From NCBI RefSeq assembly GCF_009914755.1, contig NC_060931.1: a stretch of DNA of 64,000 nt; one strand, written 5' to 3'. A program made the translations under genes and the position numbers. The DNA comes from the human T2T-CHM13v2.0 reference genome, Homo sapiens. This document shows positions 46,468 to 60,300 of the stretch, in pieces; position 1 is the stretch's first letter, and every line of letters starts with the position of its first letter. The notes beneath the pieces are model-generated. The model did not search any database, was not told where the DNA came from, and saw nothing but the letters and a program-made list of their open reading frames with translations.

Positions 46468-46967
46468 TGACACCAAATCCATGTGTCCACCCTGGGACCC
46501 AGGAGGGCACAGCCAAGGAATGAGCCCTGTGGGGTGACGCTTCAGGGCAGAGCTGCCTTTTAATTTTTATTCTCAGAGCATCAGCACTTGAGGCCTTGCC
46601 CCACGCCTTCTCTGTGGACCATTCAGGACCTCCAGTGGGGGTGGCGTGCCAGGCGCGTACCCCACCAGGTGGGCAAAGCAGAAACCTGCGGGGAGCGGAG
46701 ACGCCTTTTATCTCTGGATGCCACAGACCTGAGCAGCATTGGGCTGGCTGTCCGCTGCTGACTGGATGGCAGCACAAAGACAATATGAGCAGAGGGAGGA
46801 GAAGAAGGGGTGCTCAGGCTGCGGGCCACAGTCCAGCAGCGCCAGAAGCACTCATTTCTGACCACCAGGCTATGACGTTCCTGCTGCGCATTACAGAAAG
46901 CTTTTAACTGTGATCAGGCAGTCTGCTCAGATACATTGAGTGGCGATTTTTAGTTTTGTTTTGAAAA

Positions 46968-46973
46968 AATAAA
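46968..46973 (+). terminator. Candidate proximal polyadenylation signal AATAAA
   Basis: Canonical hexamer ~500 nt after the stop, preceded by a U-rich stretch (ttttagttttgttttg). Confidence 0.6.
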
Positions 46974-48772
46974 CAGATTAACCTGCCTCGCTGCAGTGAG
47001 AGCATGGGACAAGTCCGCCACAGCCCTCCCCCGCCCCCTTCCCCCGCCCCCCAACGCGCAGTGTGTATTTGCACCACGGCAGGTGCCTCTGTGTGGAGCT
47101 AGGGTCAAGCCCTGAGCAGCTTCACTTCCCCTGCGCCTTTTATGTCCCCACCTTGAGGCCTTGCAGAGGCGCCTCTCAAGGCCCCATCAGCTCGCCGGGA
47201 CCTCTGTGAAGCCTCTCTGTCATCTCCCCTTCCCAGCCCCTCCTTCATCCCCTGCCTCCTTCACCAGCCTGGCTTTTGCCTGGAGCACTATTTGTTTAGT
47301 TCTCTTTGCAGGACAAGAATTCTCTCAGGGTGGTATCACCTCCTCCCTCCTCCCCACTCACTCCAGTTTTTAGCCCGGAGCCTCCTGTGGTTGACTATCA
47401 GGAATGTGTGCTGTGTCAGGATACATAGGAAGTTGACCTCGGGGTATCATGGAGAGTGTCCCTCCTAGTGGCTGGAGGTAGGGACAGTTGGTTGTGGGGC
47501 TGGAGAGAGGTTGTGGGGAGGAAGCGAGGATGCGTGCCTGCCACTAGGCATCTGCATCCCCGAGCCCAAGCCAGGAGGGATTTCCCTTAGGCAACACCAT
47601 CCCAGGGAGATCTGCCACAATTTGCGTTTCACAGCTAAAGACGCCGAGGCTTAGAGAGCTCGACCTCCTCAAGGTCACACCACTGGGTAAATAGAGGGAT
47701 GCAGACTCAGGTTTTGCTATGTGCTCACATTTCAACTTTATGCTTAACATGAATGGAAAAATATGAAAGTAAATAGTGAAAAGGTGAGTTATGAGCTTAG
47801 ATTACCTAGATTATTCCAGTATCCCATGGAAGCTGAGGACTTATTCCGCTTTCCACACCGAACACTAAATGTGGACCAGTATCAAGAACCCTCCTGTCCC
47901 CACGCAGTGTAAACCCAGTGGCTTCTCTGACCTGGAGCTGATGGGCCGTGAAGGGGGCCCATTTTTCTCCAAAGGCCATCCTTTTGGGGCCACCTGGCTC
48001 CAAGGAGCATCGCTGGTCTTGGGGACGGGAAGGGAACCCTCTTCCAGGAGCTCTAAGGGTACTTGGGAATCAATTGTGTCCATTCTGAGGTCTCTCCAGT
48101 GGGAGGGCGGCAGCTCCTGTCCCTGGGTTCAGGCTGTGCTTCTGGAAGCATCGAAATGGGATGTCTGAGCCTTGAGGAAAAGCAGCAGGGTTAGCATTAA
48201 AGTCAAGAGGGGCAGCTCAGGATGCTACCAGGGAGCACATCGTTTCTGGTGCCTCATCTAAAGGTAAAACCTCCCCTACATTCACCAGCCGGATGTCCCA
48301 AATCCCTTTAGCCAGATTGCTTTTTGCAACCAAAGCTGTGGACAGAAAAGCCTCCTTAAGTGAGCTGAGGGGACAGGAAATCCAATCAGATGACCTTTGT
48401 GTTCGTAATCGGGCTTGAGCCAGAGGCTGGGGAGCTGAGTCCCAGCCAAACCTCACTGGCCCGTTTGCTTTTCACGCCCAGGGCTCAGTGGCCCAGGAAG
48501 TGTGCTGGGCAGCCTGTTCTTACTCCAGCTCAACCCATTGGGTGTTGGCTGTTTTTGGTTTTAGTTGTTGTTTTGTATTTTGTTGTTTTAATTAATAGGC
48601 TTTATTTGTAAGAGCAGTTTTATGTTTACAGAAAAATTAGGCACAAAGGGATTCCCATATCCCTCCTCTTCTTTGCATATTTCCCCCTCTAATTAGCATG
48701 TTGCATTAGCATGGCACTTTGTTACAACTGATGAACTTGTATTCATTATTAGCTACAGTGTTCATAGTTTAT

Positions 48773-48778
48773 ATTAAA
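48773..48778 (+). terminator. Candidate distal polyadenylation signal ATTAAA
   Basis: ATTAAA followed by ctctttgtgttgtg (GU-rich); TGTA upstream at ~48738. Confidence 0.55.
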
Positions 48779-48837
48779 GTTCACTCTTTGTGTTGTGCAT
48801 CCTATGGGTTTTGACAAATGTAGAATGACATGTATCA

Positions 48838-49234
<397 letters not shown>

Positions 49235-52200
49235 TCACTGCTCTTTTCACCATCTCCATAGTTTTGTCTTTTCCAGGGTGTCGTTTGGTTGGAATTATAG
49301 AGTATGCAGCCTGTTCACGTGAGCTTCTACCCCTAGCCACATGCATTTAAGGTTGCTCTGTGTCTTTCTATGGTCTGATAGCTCCTTTCTTTTTCCTGCT
49401 GAGTCATGTTACGCTGTGTGGAATTGACCTGCCTCCCTTGGATTGTTTCTGTGCCTTCCCCGGAGCTTCCTCTCACCCCAGCCCCAGCTCCACCCACAAA
49501 TGCGGCATTTCTGAGTCCACCTCTTCCATTCTCCCTCTCCATTCTTTTCTTGCTTCTCCATCTTCCAAGATTGTCTGAGAAGGGGCCTAACTGCGAAGGA
49601 CTTTGTTGGAGAAGCCAAGGGAAGTCCCCTGCTGCTGAACCGGGGCTGGGAGGGGAAGAAGGGATTAAGTACAAGAAAAGCTCTTCCAGTCCCACAGGCG
49701 CTGACTAGGAGCCCACGGCATTCTCCCTGCTCTCCCTATCATAGGAGAACCGCAGGCAGCCAACTGTCCCTTCCACGCCCCAATGGAACCTCTCTCCTCT
49801 CCTGCCCATTGTCTACCACAGATCAGAGATGGCTCTTTCTATGCAGGGGTGGGGACCCAGCCATCTCTATCAGCTCTGCCGGCACTGCAGGGGTGACTGA
49901 CTGGAGGCGGGAAGCCCTCCTGGGCCTCAAATAACTAGGCCCAAGCTTTGACTCCCTCATGGCTGCTCTAGGGACTGCAAGGGAGGACACGGGCTTGGCC
50001 TTTCCTAAAGGGCTGCTTTCTTTCGAAGTCAAGGGGATGCTATTTTCTTCTTTGTGTTTCTTTGGTTCTGACATCAGAATTCTCCTCAGTGCAGATAACA
50101 TTGCCCTCTGGAATGGGTGAGAATCCTAACACCTGGGTTTTCGGTTCTGCCCAGCGTGGCTTAAGTCTCCACCTTAAGTGAATCTCACCTGAGACAGCTA
50201 CAGGGTTTGTTTTCTGGGGAGAGGAATTAATGACTTGAGCAGCACTCACGGGTCTTAAACTTAGCATACAGTTTCAAATAACCCATGCCCCCACTTATTG
50301 ACCCCTTACTGTTCTAAGCACTTCATACTTTAAACTGACTTCATCCTCAGAACAGTGCAATCAAGTTGGTCCTATTATCTTTCTTCTGTTCCTTTCACAG
50401 AGGAGGAAACTGAGGCATGGAGAAGGTAACCAGGCTAGGGCTGTACAAGGAGAAAGGGCAGAGCCAGAATGCCTGCCCACCAGCGTTGCACTTCTACCAG
50501 CACGCCCTGCACCCAGAGGCAAAGTGCCTCTGCCTGGGCTTAGTTGGACATAAACTCTTACACCACAGACAGAGTGGGTGGCACTTCTCCCCTGAGGACC
50601 CCGGGTGTGTTGTCACTGCTCCATGGCTACATGCCCAGGATTTGGAGGCAGCAGGCCTGGCTTCTGTCCCAGCTCTCTGTGTCATAGCTGCTGGCCCCTG
50701 CACGTTCAAGATGTCTGGCAAAGTCCCAGTTTTCTTGTCTATTAAGTGAGGACAAAACCTCTCTGAGAAGGTTGTGAAAAACAAACATCTGCCCAGCTCT
50801 CAGGGCATCTGACCGCAGGGCCAGTGGTGTGACACTGCAGGGAAGCCATTTGTTTCAAATGCTCTGACACATCATAAGGGCTCACTAAGTGGCAGCGTTT
50901 CTAAAAATAATCTTTCACTGCTTATTTCTTAGTGTTTACATTGTATCCCCAGGCTCTCTCTGCTCCTTCCAAGCTTTGTGGTTTCCCAATAGCATGGAAT
51001 TCTATACTTTCCACTGGTCAATTTGGGCCCTCGGAAGTAGGGACCCCTGGGCCAGTGGTACCTGTCACATGCACACTGATTATTAAGAAAAACCCAGAGG
51101 CTCTCTCAGGGCCAAAAACCGCTGCTCCCAGGCTCCAGCTGTTCCTGGTAGAGAAACTCAGTGGGAAACTCAATAAAGCTTCTCTGGGGACCACACACAC
51201 ACAGCACCTTGGATTTACCATGAGCACAAGGACAGGAGGCCACTGGGTGAATTCCTGTGGGGAGGGACAGCCAACATTCCCTGGGATGGTCACTGAATTT
51301 GGCAGGCCCAGCCTCTCCAAGGAGTGTCCGCAGAGCAGCCTGCATGAGCAGACACATTGTGAGTGGTGTTGTGAGGGGCTTGGGAAGGGTAGGTCATGCA
51401 GTCAGGGGGCAGGTCATTGTGCTTCTAGAGGAATCAGCCGGGAGAGGATTGGAGACGACTTAAGAGCTCGTGCCTCGGCATGATCCACCACTGCATCCTG
51501 GAGAGAAAACCCCCCTGAGAGGGGCAGTGTTTGCCAAGGGATGCTTTGTTGGTGCAGGAATTGAGGTTTGAGGGTGAATGAGCAAAGGTGTTGGCCATGC
51601 AGAGTTGTGAGGATGTGTACACAACGACACGTGCTCATGTGTGCACACCAGATACCCTAGTGTACTGTGCTTCATTAATGGGCTTAAGCAGCCTGAGGCC
51701 TGTTGGATTTTCGGGGTGCCGGCTGACAAGTCCTAGGGCTGGGCTGGTGCAAGGCTGCATTAGCAGTTCAGTGCCTGGAGATGTTTTCTTGGGCTTGATT
51801 CCTACTTCTCCCCCCTCAGTAAAGGAATACTTGGATGTTTTACTTTGAAATGCTTTAAATAAGGACAATCCAATTCAGTATGGCCTTGAGGTGTGATTTC
51901 TAAAGTGGTTTGGATGGAGCCATCACTTGGATCTGAGTGGCTCGTTGGTACAGAACTCTCTCTCTGGGCCAGGCTGGAAGTTGCAGTGAACCCTCATTCA
52001 GAGCCTCTGGGACCAGGCTGACACTGGACACTTCCTTCCTAGGAACTTCATGAATAGCACCTTCTCCAGCCTGCCCACTTAGCAGCTGGCTGGTTAGAAT
52101 AAATTAAGTAAGTGAAATAAGGGAGAGAGGAAGGGGGAGGGGAGAGAATGATCAAAGCCCAAGCATCCATCCATCCAACTCATATTTACTGAAGGCCTAA

Positions 52201-52504
52201 TGTGTGCCTGACACTTCACGGGATAATCCCTTTTGTGTGAAGCTTACAGTTTAGCAGGGAAGACAGAATTCATTATTCATAGCTATTGACATTATTACAA
52301 ATAACAATTATTAAAAAGCCATCTGAAAAAGTTGCATGGAAATTTAGGGGGAAAAAAGCCCCGATTTAAGATAAATAATCCAGTTCAGTAAACATTTTTA
52401 AAATTAGGACCCCCCCCCAAAAATGGTGCTGACTCCTGAAATGGAGGCCACATGTGTTTGAACAAATTAAAGGCCACCTTGGATGAGCGTAGCATGCGAG
52501 GCCC

Positions 52505-52845
52505 GCTCTCCCGTGCTCCCACTCTTTCATGCCCCCACGCTCCCACTCTCCTGCGCTGCCATGCTCCCACTCTCTCACACACTCGTGCTCCCATGCTCCC
52601 CCTCTCCCATGCTCCCATGTTCCCACTCTCTCACGCTCCCGTGCTCCCCCTCTTCCATGCTCCCATGCTCCCACTCTCTCACGCTCCCATGCTCCCCATC
52701 TCCCGAGCTTCCGTGTTCCCATGCTCCCACTCTCAGGCTCCCATGCTCCCCACTCTCACATGCTCCCATGATCCCATGCTCCCGCTCTCTCACGCTCCCA
52801 TGCTCCCCGTCTCCCGCGCTTCTGAGCTCCTACACTCCCATGCTT
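52505..52845. repeat. C-rich minisatellite built on (CTCCCATG) units with ~48-bp higher-order structure
   Basis: Recurrent ctcccatg and cccactctctcacg blocks; explains the spurious repetitive ORFs on both strands. Confidence 0.9.
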
Positions 52846-52851
52846 ACCAAG

Positions 52852-53350
52852 CTCCACCATTGTGCCGTGTGCTGTCGTCCCTGTTCCTACCATGTCTTCT
52901 CACAAAACTTTCAGGATTAAGCAATTCCTAGCCAAGAAACAAAAACAAAATTGTCCCATTCCCCAGTGGATTCAGATGGAAACTGGTAATAAAGGCAGGT
53001 ACTGGCCGGGCGTGGTGGCGCACACCTGGAGTCCCAGCTATTCGAGAGGCAGAGGCAGGAGGATTGCTTGAGTCTGTGAGTTCCAGGCTGCAGAGAGCTG
53101 TGATGGCAAAAACCATCAGGTACAACTCCCAGGAGAGACACTGGAGCAGAACCAAGCTGGGCCTCTTGGGAACTGGGTCTGAGATACGCACATATTGATG
53201 CAAGATCCCTAGTGTCTGACCTCATCAAGCCAAAAACATTACCACTATTGGGACAGTTCAACATATTTTATTAGGGAAAGGATTTTTCTCTTTGTTCCTA
53301 TGCTCTGAACTTGTAGTTTGGCTTAGTAATAAATATGTAAGACTTTTTTT
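52852..53350 (+). pseudogene. Processed pseudogene of ribosomal protein L39 (RPL39), interrupted by an Alu monomer
   Basis: ATG at 52892: [37 protein letters not shown] [insertion] IRYNSQERHWSRTKLGL, versus RPL39 [51 protein letters not shown]; intronless; stop codon lost; 3' UTR-like tail with agtAATAAAtatgtaag at 53328. Confidence 0.93.
53004..53112 (+). mobile_element. 3'-truncated Alu monomer (FAM/FRAM-like)
   Basis: ggccgggcgtggtggcgcacacctggagtcccagcta...; host sequence caggtac duplicated on both sides. Confidence 0.8.
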
Positions 53351-53401
53351 GAGCTGCTAAAAGAATAAAGTTCTCCACAGGACTCGTAGAGAGCTATGCA
53401 G

Positions 53402-53600
53402 GCAGAGGTGGGCTGGAGTCAGCTCCTACTTGCTCATAGGAGCTGATTGTTCAAGTTTCAGGAATTTTACCAGCCGGCTGTTAGTTATTGGTAGCTAGGC
53501 TTTGCCCTTGGTGAGAGTATTTACGCCATGAAGATTGACAAAGGCTACAAATCAGAACACTTTCCACTGAGAGCTCGTTGTTAGACATTTACCAGCACAT
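53402..53600. mobile_element. hAT DNA transposon remnant (MER63-like)
   Basis: cagaggtgggctggagtcagctc...gagctgattgttcaagtttcaggaatttt resembles the recalled MER63 5' end. Confidence 0.5.
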
Positions 53601-54144
53601 CACCAAGGCCAGGGCTTGGTTCTTCAGTGCAAAACATGGGTGGAGACCCAGCTCCTCCATAGCTGGGAAGATATCCAGAGGATGGAGATGCTTCAGTCTG
53701 GAAAGACACGGCCTGTCGGCTTATATGAAAAAAGTCTCGAAACCACACAAACTGCCAAACTATACTGAGGGAGAAGCCCAGACTCCTCATTGAGCCTTGC
53801 AATTTTTAAAGCATGGATTCTGTTATTTTAAAATGAAAACAAGTACCCTCTTCTGCAGTCAATTCAGAGTCTTGACTGCCCTTCTAGCACCCTTCCTCAT
53901 TGCTGACCCTGAGCCTTAGCGTGTGCTTTTCCTCCTGCCTAAAATCTTCTATCCACTGGAATCCACCCAACCCAGAAACCCCTCCCAATCCCCGCCCCAA
54001 CATCCACCTCCAGGGTCTTCTGCAACCACTCCATCCCATGCCGGTTCCCTGCCTGCCTCGACTCCGGTGGTCCTAAACGTCCATGGGATTTCCTGGCACT
54101 TATTTGCTCACTGTCTTGCCTTGCTACTTAACGTCAGATGGAGG

Positions 54145-54344
54145 TTCAAGTGGTTTCCAATGGGGAGAGGTGCATTTCGCAATGTCTGGAGACATCGTTG
54201 GTTGTCACAGCTGGGGTGATGGTGCTACTGGCGTCTAGTGGGTAGAGCCCCGGGATGCTGCTAACATCTTACAACGCAGACAACCCCTGCTTCTCCAGCA
54301 AGTCTGACCCCAAATGTCAATAATGCAGAGGTTAGGAAGCCCTG
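54145..54344. mobile_element. MER20 DNA transposon
   Basis: gcaatgtctggagacat...gtgctactggcgtctagtgggtagag...ccccaaatgtcaataatgcagaggttaggaagccctg. Confidence 0.85.
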
Positions 54345-54754
54345 TTGTACACTAGTGACCACATCCTAGTTCAAACTTACTCTCCAAAGAACCAAGCACA
54401 GAGCCAGGCATGTCATAGACCTTCAATTGTTCGAGGCAAGTGTGCCTTTACTCACCTCAGGGCTTATTTCCAGAACACATTTCTTCTACCATGATTACCA
54501 CCCACTCCCACCTCCCTCCTCCCTCTTCCAAACCCTGATTGAAAATATAAACAAGTACGAGTTACATAAATTGATAGATAAAAAGAACGGGTTATCAATA
54601 GAAGCCTGCAGTGTCAGAGGTGCACCTGCATCTTCTGGGTACTGTAGGACTTGCATTCCTTTCCAGAAATGTGCCTTTTAAGCCTCTGCAAGCTGAACCC
54701 TGTTCTCTCTCTGGCCACCTCCCAGTGGCTTTACTTCTGCCCTTCATCAGCTTA

Positions 54755-55166
<412 letters not shown>

Positions 55167-55908
55167 TTATCATCTGTAGTGGGTCAGGCACTGTACTAAG
55201 CAGGGGTGAGCTTGTATCTTTGACAGCCATAGGACACTAACCACTAACCAATCAGATCAGACACTAGAATAGGAGCTGGGCCAGGGAGACAGACAGACAG
55301 ACACGGACACACCCAGGCAGACGATGATACTAGGAAGGGGCAAGGCAGGACCACAGCAAAGGCCCCAGTGAAAGGCAGCACCACCACGGGCAGGTGCTGT
55401 TCTGGCCCCATCCTGGAGAACGGGGCTGGCGGAAGCTCGTGGCCCTCCTGGGAAGGCCTGTTTCCGACTGTCCCCAGAGACTCTGGGGATGAATGAGGTA
55501 TGGCCTAAGCTTGTGGGAAAATTGCAAATCAACACTGCATCCTGGAAAAGCACTTTGGTTTGGCCTCGAGTCACTGTCCTTTCATTTCTCTTCTGACCAC
55601 AGTGAGTGCCCCGTGTGAGGATGACTGGGTGGAGGTGGCGTCTTGCTGGCTGATTGCCTTCCAGTGGAGCAGGGACCATCTCTTAGGTGGACAATGAAGG
55701 CAAAATTAAATTTTTCAAAGAATTTGTCAGCCACATTAGAATTGGTATTTATCAAGGGCTTATTAGGGCCAGAAGTTATATTAGAAACTTTATGAATATT
55801 TCTCATACAGTTCTCCAGACAATCCGGTGAAACATGGCTTAGTACCTAGGGTGCCAGGGCTCAGAGATGAACAATTTTCCAGAAGCCAGAAGTGGAGGTG
55901 GGAGCTGA

Positions 55909-56336
<428 letters not shown>

Positions 56337-57579
56337 ACAGAGCATTTTTGTTTCCATTCTTAAATATATTCTTAATTTTCTGCAATGAATATGAAAGCAT
56401 CAATTTGGTAATCAGAAAGGAAATAATATAATCACGAGCACAAAGCTGAGTTAAGAAAAAACGGACTGAACTGACTTCCCTTCATCCTGCAGCCTGCAGG
56501 CCCCTTCCTCCCCTGGGGGTGCTGCTGCTCCAGCCCCCTCCTATCTCATCTTTCCTTAGGGAGCTGTCTTGAGAGAGAGACTGAGACGCTGGTCTCCCCG
56601 CAGCAGGTCCTGACAGCGGTGACTTATCCAAGCAGAGCCTCAGGCACCACTCTCTTCTTCAAAAGTTACCAGAACAACCCTTAGGCAACTTCTTCCGGGT
56701 CAGCCCAACGGCCTTTCCCACACACCTGGGCCCAGCCTCAGGTGTCTGGAGTATTTCCTAAGTAGAATTGGGGAAGATGTCTCAAATCACGCCAGGCAGC
56801 AGCCATCTGGAAAATTGCTGCTGGCTTAGCACCCTTGGGCCTGGTGGGTGAGGAGGTTCTTCCGGCCCTGGGCTCCTGCCTGGTGTCCCCTCTCAGTCAG
56901 CGCCTCTACCCAGGGCAGGAGCAGCCTCCGTGGAAGGGTGAGACAAGCTGGCTGCAGTGCAGGACAGCTCTGCTGGTTGGGTAGAGCGGAGACAGCAGAG
57001 GAACTTCAGCCTCCCAGAAGAGTAAGAGCTGAGCGAAGCTGTGAAAGGGGTATCCTTGCTTGGTTCATGGTGGGTACCTTTAGCCCTTGAAAGCCTCAGT
57101 TCCAGCCCAGACTGAGGAATGGCGGAGCGCCTCCCCAGCAGAGAATTCTGCTGTGGGAATGAATGGTTGAGCTCCAGGGCTTCCGGCTTCCTCCTCTCGG
57201 TTAGCAGCCTCTCCTGCCGAGAGCCCCCTGGGCCCTGCAGCCTGGGCCTGCCCATCATCAGCCCAGAAGGCAGGAGGTTTCATAAAACAGAATTAGAAGT
57301 GCAAGTTTTCTAGAAACTTTAGGATTAATTAATAAACAGATGGTCTATCTCTTCCTCCTTCCCCGGCATGGGAAGGGTTGAGTAGAGTTAGAAATCCACT
57401 TAAATTTGCAAAACGTAGATAGTTGTTGAACCTGGGTCAAGGGAACATAGGGGTTCATAATATATTTCTTTCTACTTTTGTGTATGTTTGAAATGTTTCA
57501 CAACACAATGAATACAATGCACAAATAATAAAAAGCCCAAGCCACAAAAAATAATAAAACACACTTTTTAAAGGAATAA

Positions 57580-57978
<399 letters not shown>

Positions 57979-58561
57979 TTAGGGGTGGGCATGTGTGGAA
58001 GGGATTTGCCTCTGTAATTCCTTCCTTTTATGCCAGTCCCTGGAAAGAATCACCAAAAGGAATTCAGTGTTTAATCCTAAAAGGGGAACATTAAAATGTA
58101 TGTATTTGAAGGGTAAATTAAAAGTCCCAGAGAGAAAAGAAGAAAGGGCTATTTAAAAGCCCTCGGTTGCTTTTTGTGTGTTAATCACCTGTTGGGCACC
58201 CACCAGGATAGGCCCTGGGAGTGGGGTTGGGGGAGAGGGAGCAGGAAGATCCCTGCCTTCCAGGGCCACTCCTCCCTGGTCTGGGTTATACGGTCTCCAG
58301 TGCAGCGCTCCTGCAGCTGCGCAAGCCTGGATGGGAAGCTGCTAGCCAGGCCGGAGTGGGATCCTCTTGTATTCCATGTTCACCTCTCCGTGAGTCTCCA
58401 CTAAAGATGTGGCCAGGAGGAGTCTGAGCACCCACCAGGTCAAAGGGAAACTTCTTTCTCTCTCTCCTGGCTCAGAGAAGCCTCACCCAACAGCCAGGCA
58501 AAACAATTCATCCCTCCATCTTCTATCATGTGTAAGAAAACCGTGGGTCACCTTAATGAAA

Positions 58562-58885
58562 TTTTTATTTTTTTTTTGAGATGGAATTTCCCTCTTGTTG
58601 CCCAGGCTGAAGTGCAGTGGTGCCATCTTGGCTTACTGCAACCTCTGCCTCCTGTGTTCAAGCAATTCTCCTGCATTCAAGCGATTCTCCTGCCTCAGCC
58701 TCCCGAGTAGCTGGGATTACAGGCGCACATCACCATGCCTGGCTAATTTTTGTATTTTTAGTAGAGACGGGGTTTCACCATGTTGACAAGGCTGGTCTTG
58801 AACTCCTGACCTCAAGTGATCCACCCGCCTCAGCCTCCCAAAGTACTGGGATTACAGGTGTGAGGCCCCGTGCCCACTGCCCCGG
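58562..58885 (-). mobile_element. AluS-like with a small internal duplication
   Basis: ttcaagc(a/g)attctcctgc occurs twice; TSD ccttaatgaaatt at 58551 and 58898. Confidence 0.9.
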
Positions 58886-59382
58886 CTACCACCCCCGCCT
58901 TAATGAAATTGAACCCTGAGCCTCCAGGCTGGGGATGCCTGGGGCTGGTTCTCCTCAGCTGAGAGGGCCTGAGCAGGCCAGCCCAGCCCTCTGCCCAGAG
59001 TTTCCTTCCTGCTGTGGCCACAGGGCTGCCACGGGGCACTCACCTTCCCACCTGCAACACTTCTGTCCGCAGCACAGCTAGGCCTAGCTGGAGCAGGTAA
59101 CCCAGCCTTTACCCAAGACTTAAGGAGAGCAAAGAAGAAACAACCCCAGGGAATCATGAAAGCAGCTTTATGTGGCCTATAAGGTGGAATGTTCTCATCC
59201 TCAGCTTGTGGGGGTAGATGGGTGGTCTCCCTGCCTGACCCCACCTGGCAGACGCCAGCAGCCCCTGCCTCCTGGGAGGACCTTGAGTGGAACTGGACAA
59301 CAAGGCCTCTCTCTGAGTGAGGCCCAGAAGTGGACAGCGATGAGCCCTCCTGCCTGTCTAGGGCTGTCATCCGAGTGCCACT

Positions 59383-59677
59383 GTTTTTGAGACAGGGTCT
59401 TACTCTGTTTCCCAGGTTGCAGCGAAGTGGTATAAGCATGGCTTACTGCAGCCTCGACCTCCTGGGCTCAACCAATCCTCCCACCTCAGCCTCCCAAGTA
59501 GCTGGTGAGACCACAGGCACTCAACCACCCCACAGGTTATTTTTTTCCCCCAGTTTTTGTAGAAATGGGGTCTCCCTATGTTGCCCAGGCTGGTCAGGAC
59601 CTCCTGGGCTCAAGCAATTCTCCTATCTTGGCCTCCCAAAGTGTTGGGATTACAGGTGGGGGCCACTGTGCCCAGCC
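59383..59677 (-). mobile_element. AluJ-like
   Basis: Antisense dimer flanked by gagtgccac. Confidence 0.85.
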
Positions 59678-60059
59678 TCTGAGTGCCACCTCCTGCCTGA
59701 CAATCAGTCCCTTCCCCAGTTGCCAGGCCCCAGAGATGTTTGTCTCTGTCAGAGAAGAGCCCAGCACTACCCACAAGGTCTACAAGAACCCATATTTGAG
59801 GGCGGGGCGTCCAGCAGATGGAAAAGAGGTGGGGAGGTATTCCTTAGGGGAAGAAGGGAGGGCACCGAAGTGAACAGGTGCTCGCTGCCAGCCTTGTCAG
59901 CACCACACACCTGGCAAGGCGCCTTAAACCTCACCTCAGCCCCATGGTGCAGAAAAGAAAACCGAAACTCAGAAGATAAGTAACCAGTACCTGGGCCTCG
60001 CCGCCAGGAGGCAACAAAGTCAGGATTCCAGCTCAGCTCCGACACCTGTGGCCTGGCTT

Positions 60060-60300
60060 TTAACAGTTTAGAGGGAGGCTCACAATTAAGAATAAATGCA
60101 GAAAAACGTTTGCAGCCGAGATAAAGAGTGCTGTGTGAACCTGAGGAAGGAGGGAGAACCTGCTCAGCTGGAGGCGAGTCTGAGGAGTCTTCCTGGGAGA
60201 GGTCCCCTTGAGCGGGGACCTGACCGGGTGAGTAGCAGATGGCATCCCCGGAAGAGGGGACCAGGAGGGCCGGGGTGTGGAGGGAGGACAGCAGTGATGT
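60060..60300 (-). mobile_element. Degenerate L2-like 3' fragment
   Basis: Reverse complement caggtccccgctcaaggggacctctcccaggaagactcctcagac...ctccctctaaactg resembles the L2 3' region. Confidence 0.45.

Larger units (their letters stand above)
46468..48800 (+). other. EEPD1: EEPD1 3' UTR (long form; end approximate)
   Basis: Follows the stop codon; end inferred from ATTAAA at 48773 followed by a GU/U-rich tract, in line with my recollection of a ~2.3 kb UTR. Confidence 0.65.

Noticed and set aside
52366-52931. Repetitive ORFs on both strands
   Set aside because: Translations of the minisatellite.
59878-59905. U6-like start gtgctcgct
   Set aside because: Similarity ends after 9 nt.
59330-59983. 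217-aa ORF and the many other ORFs with LECSG/SASRVAG-type peptides
   Set aside because: These are Alu translations.
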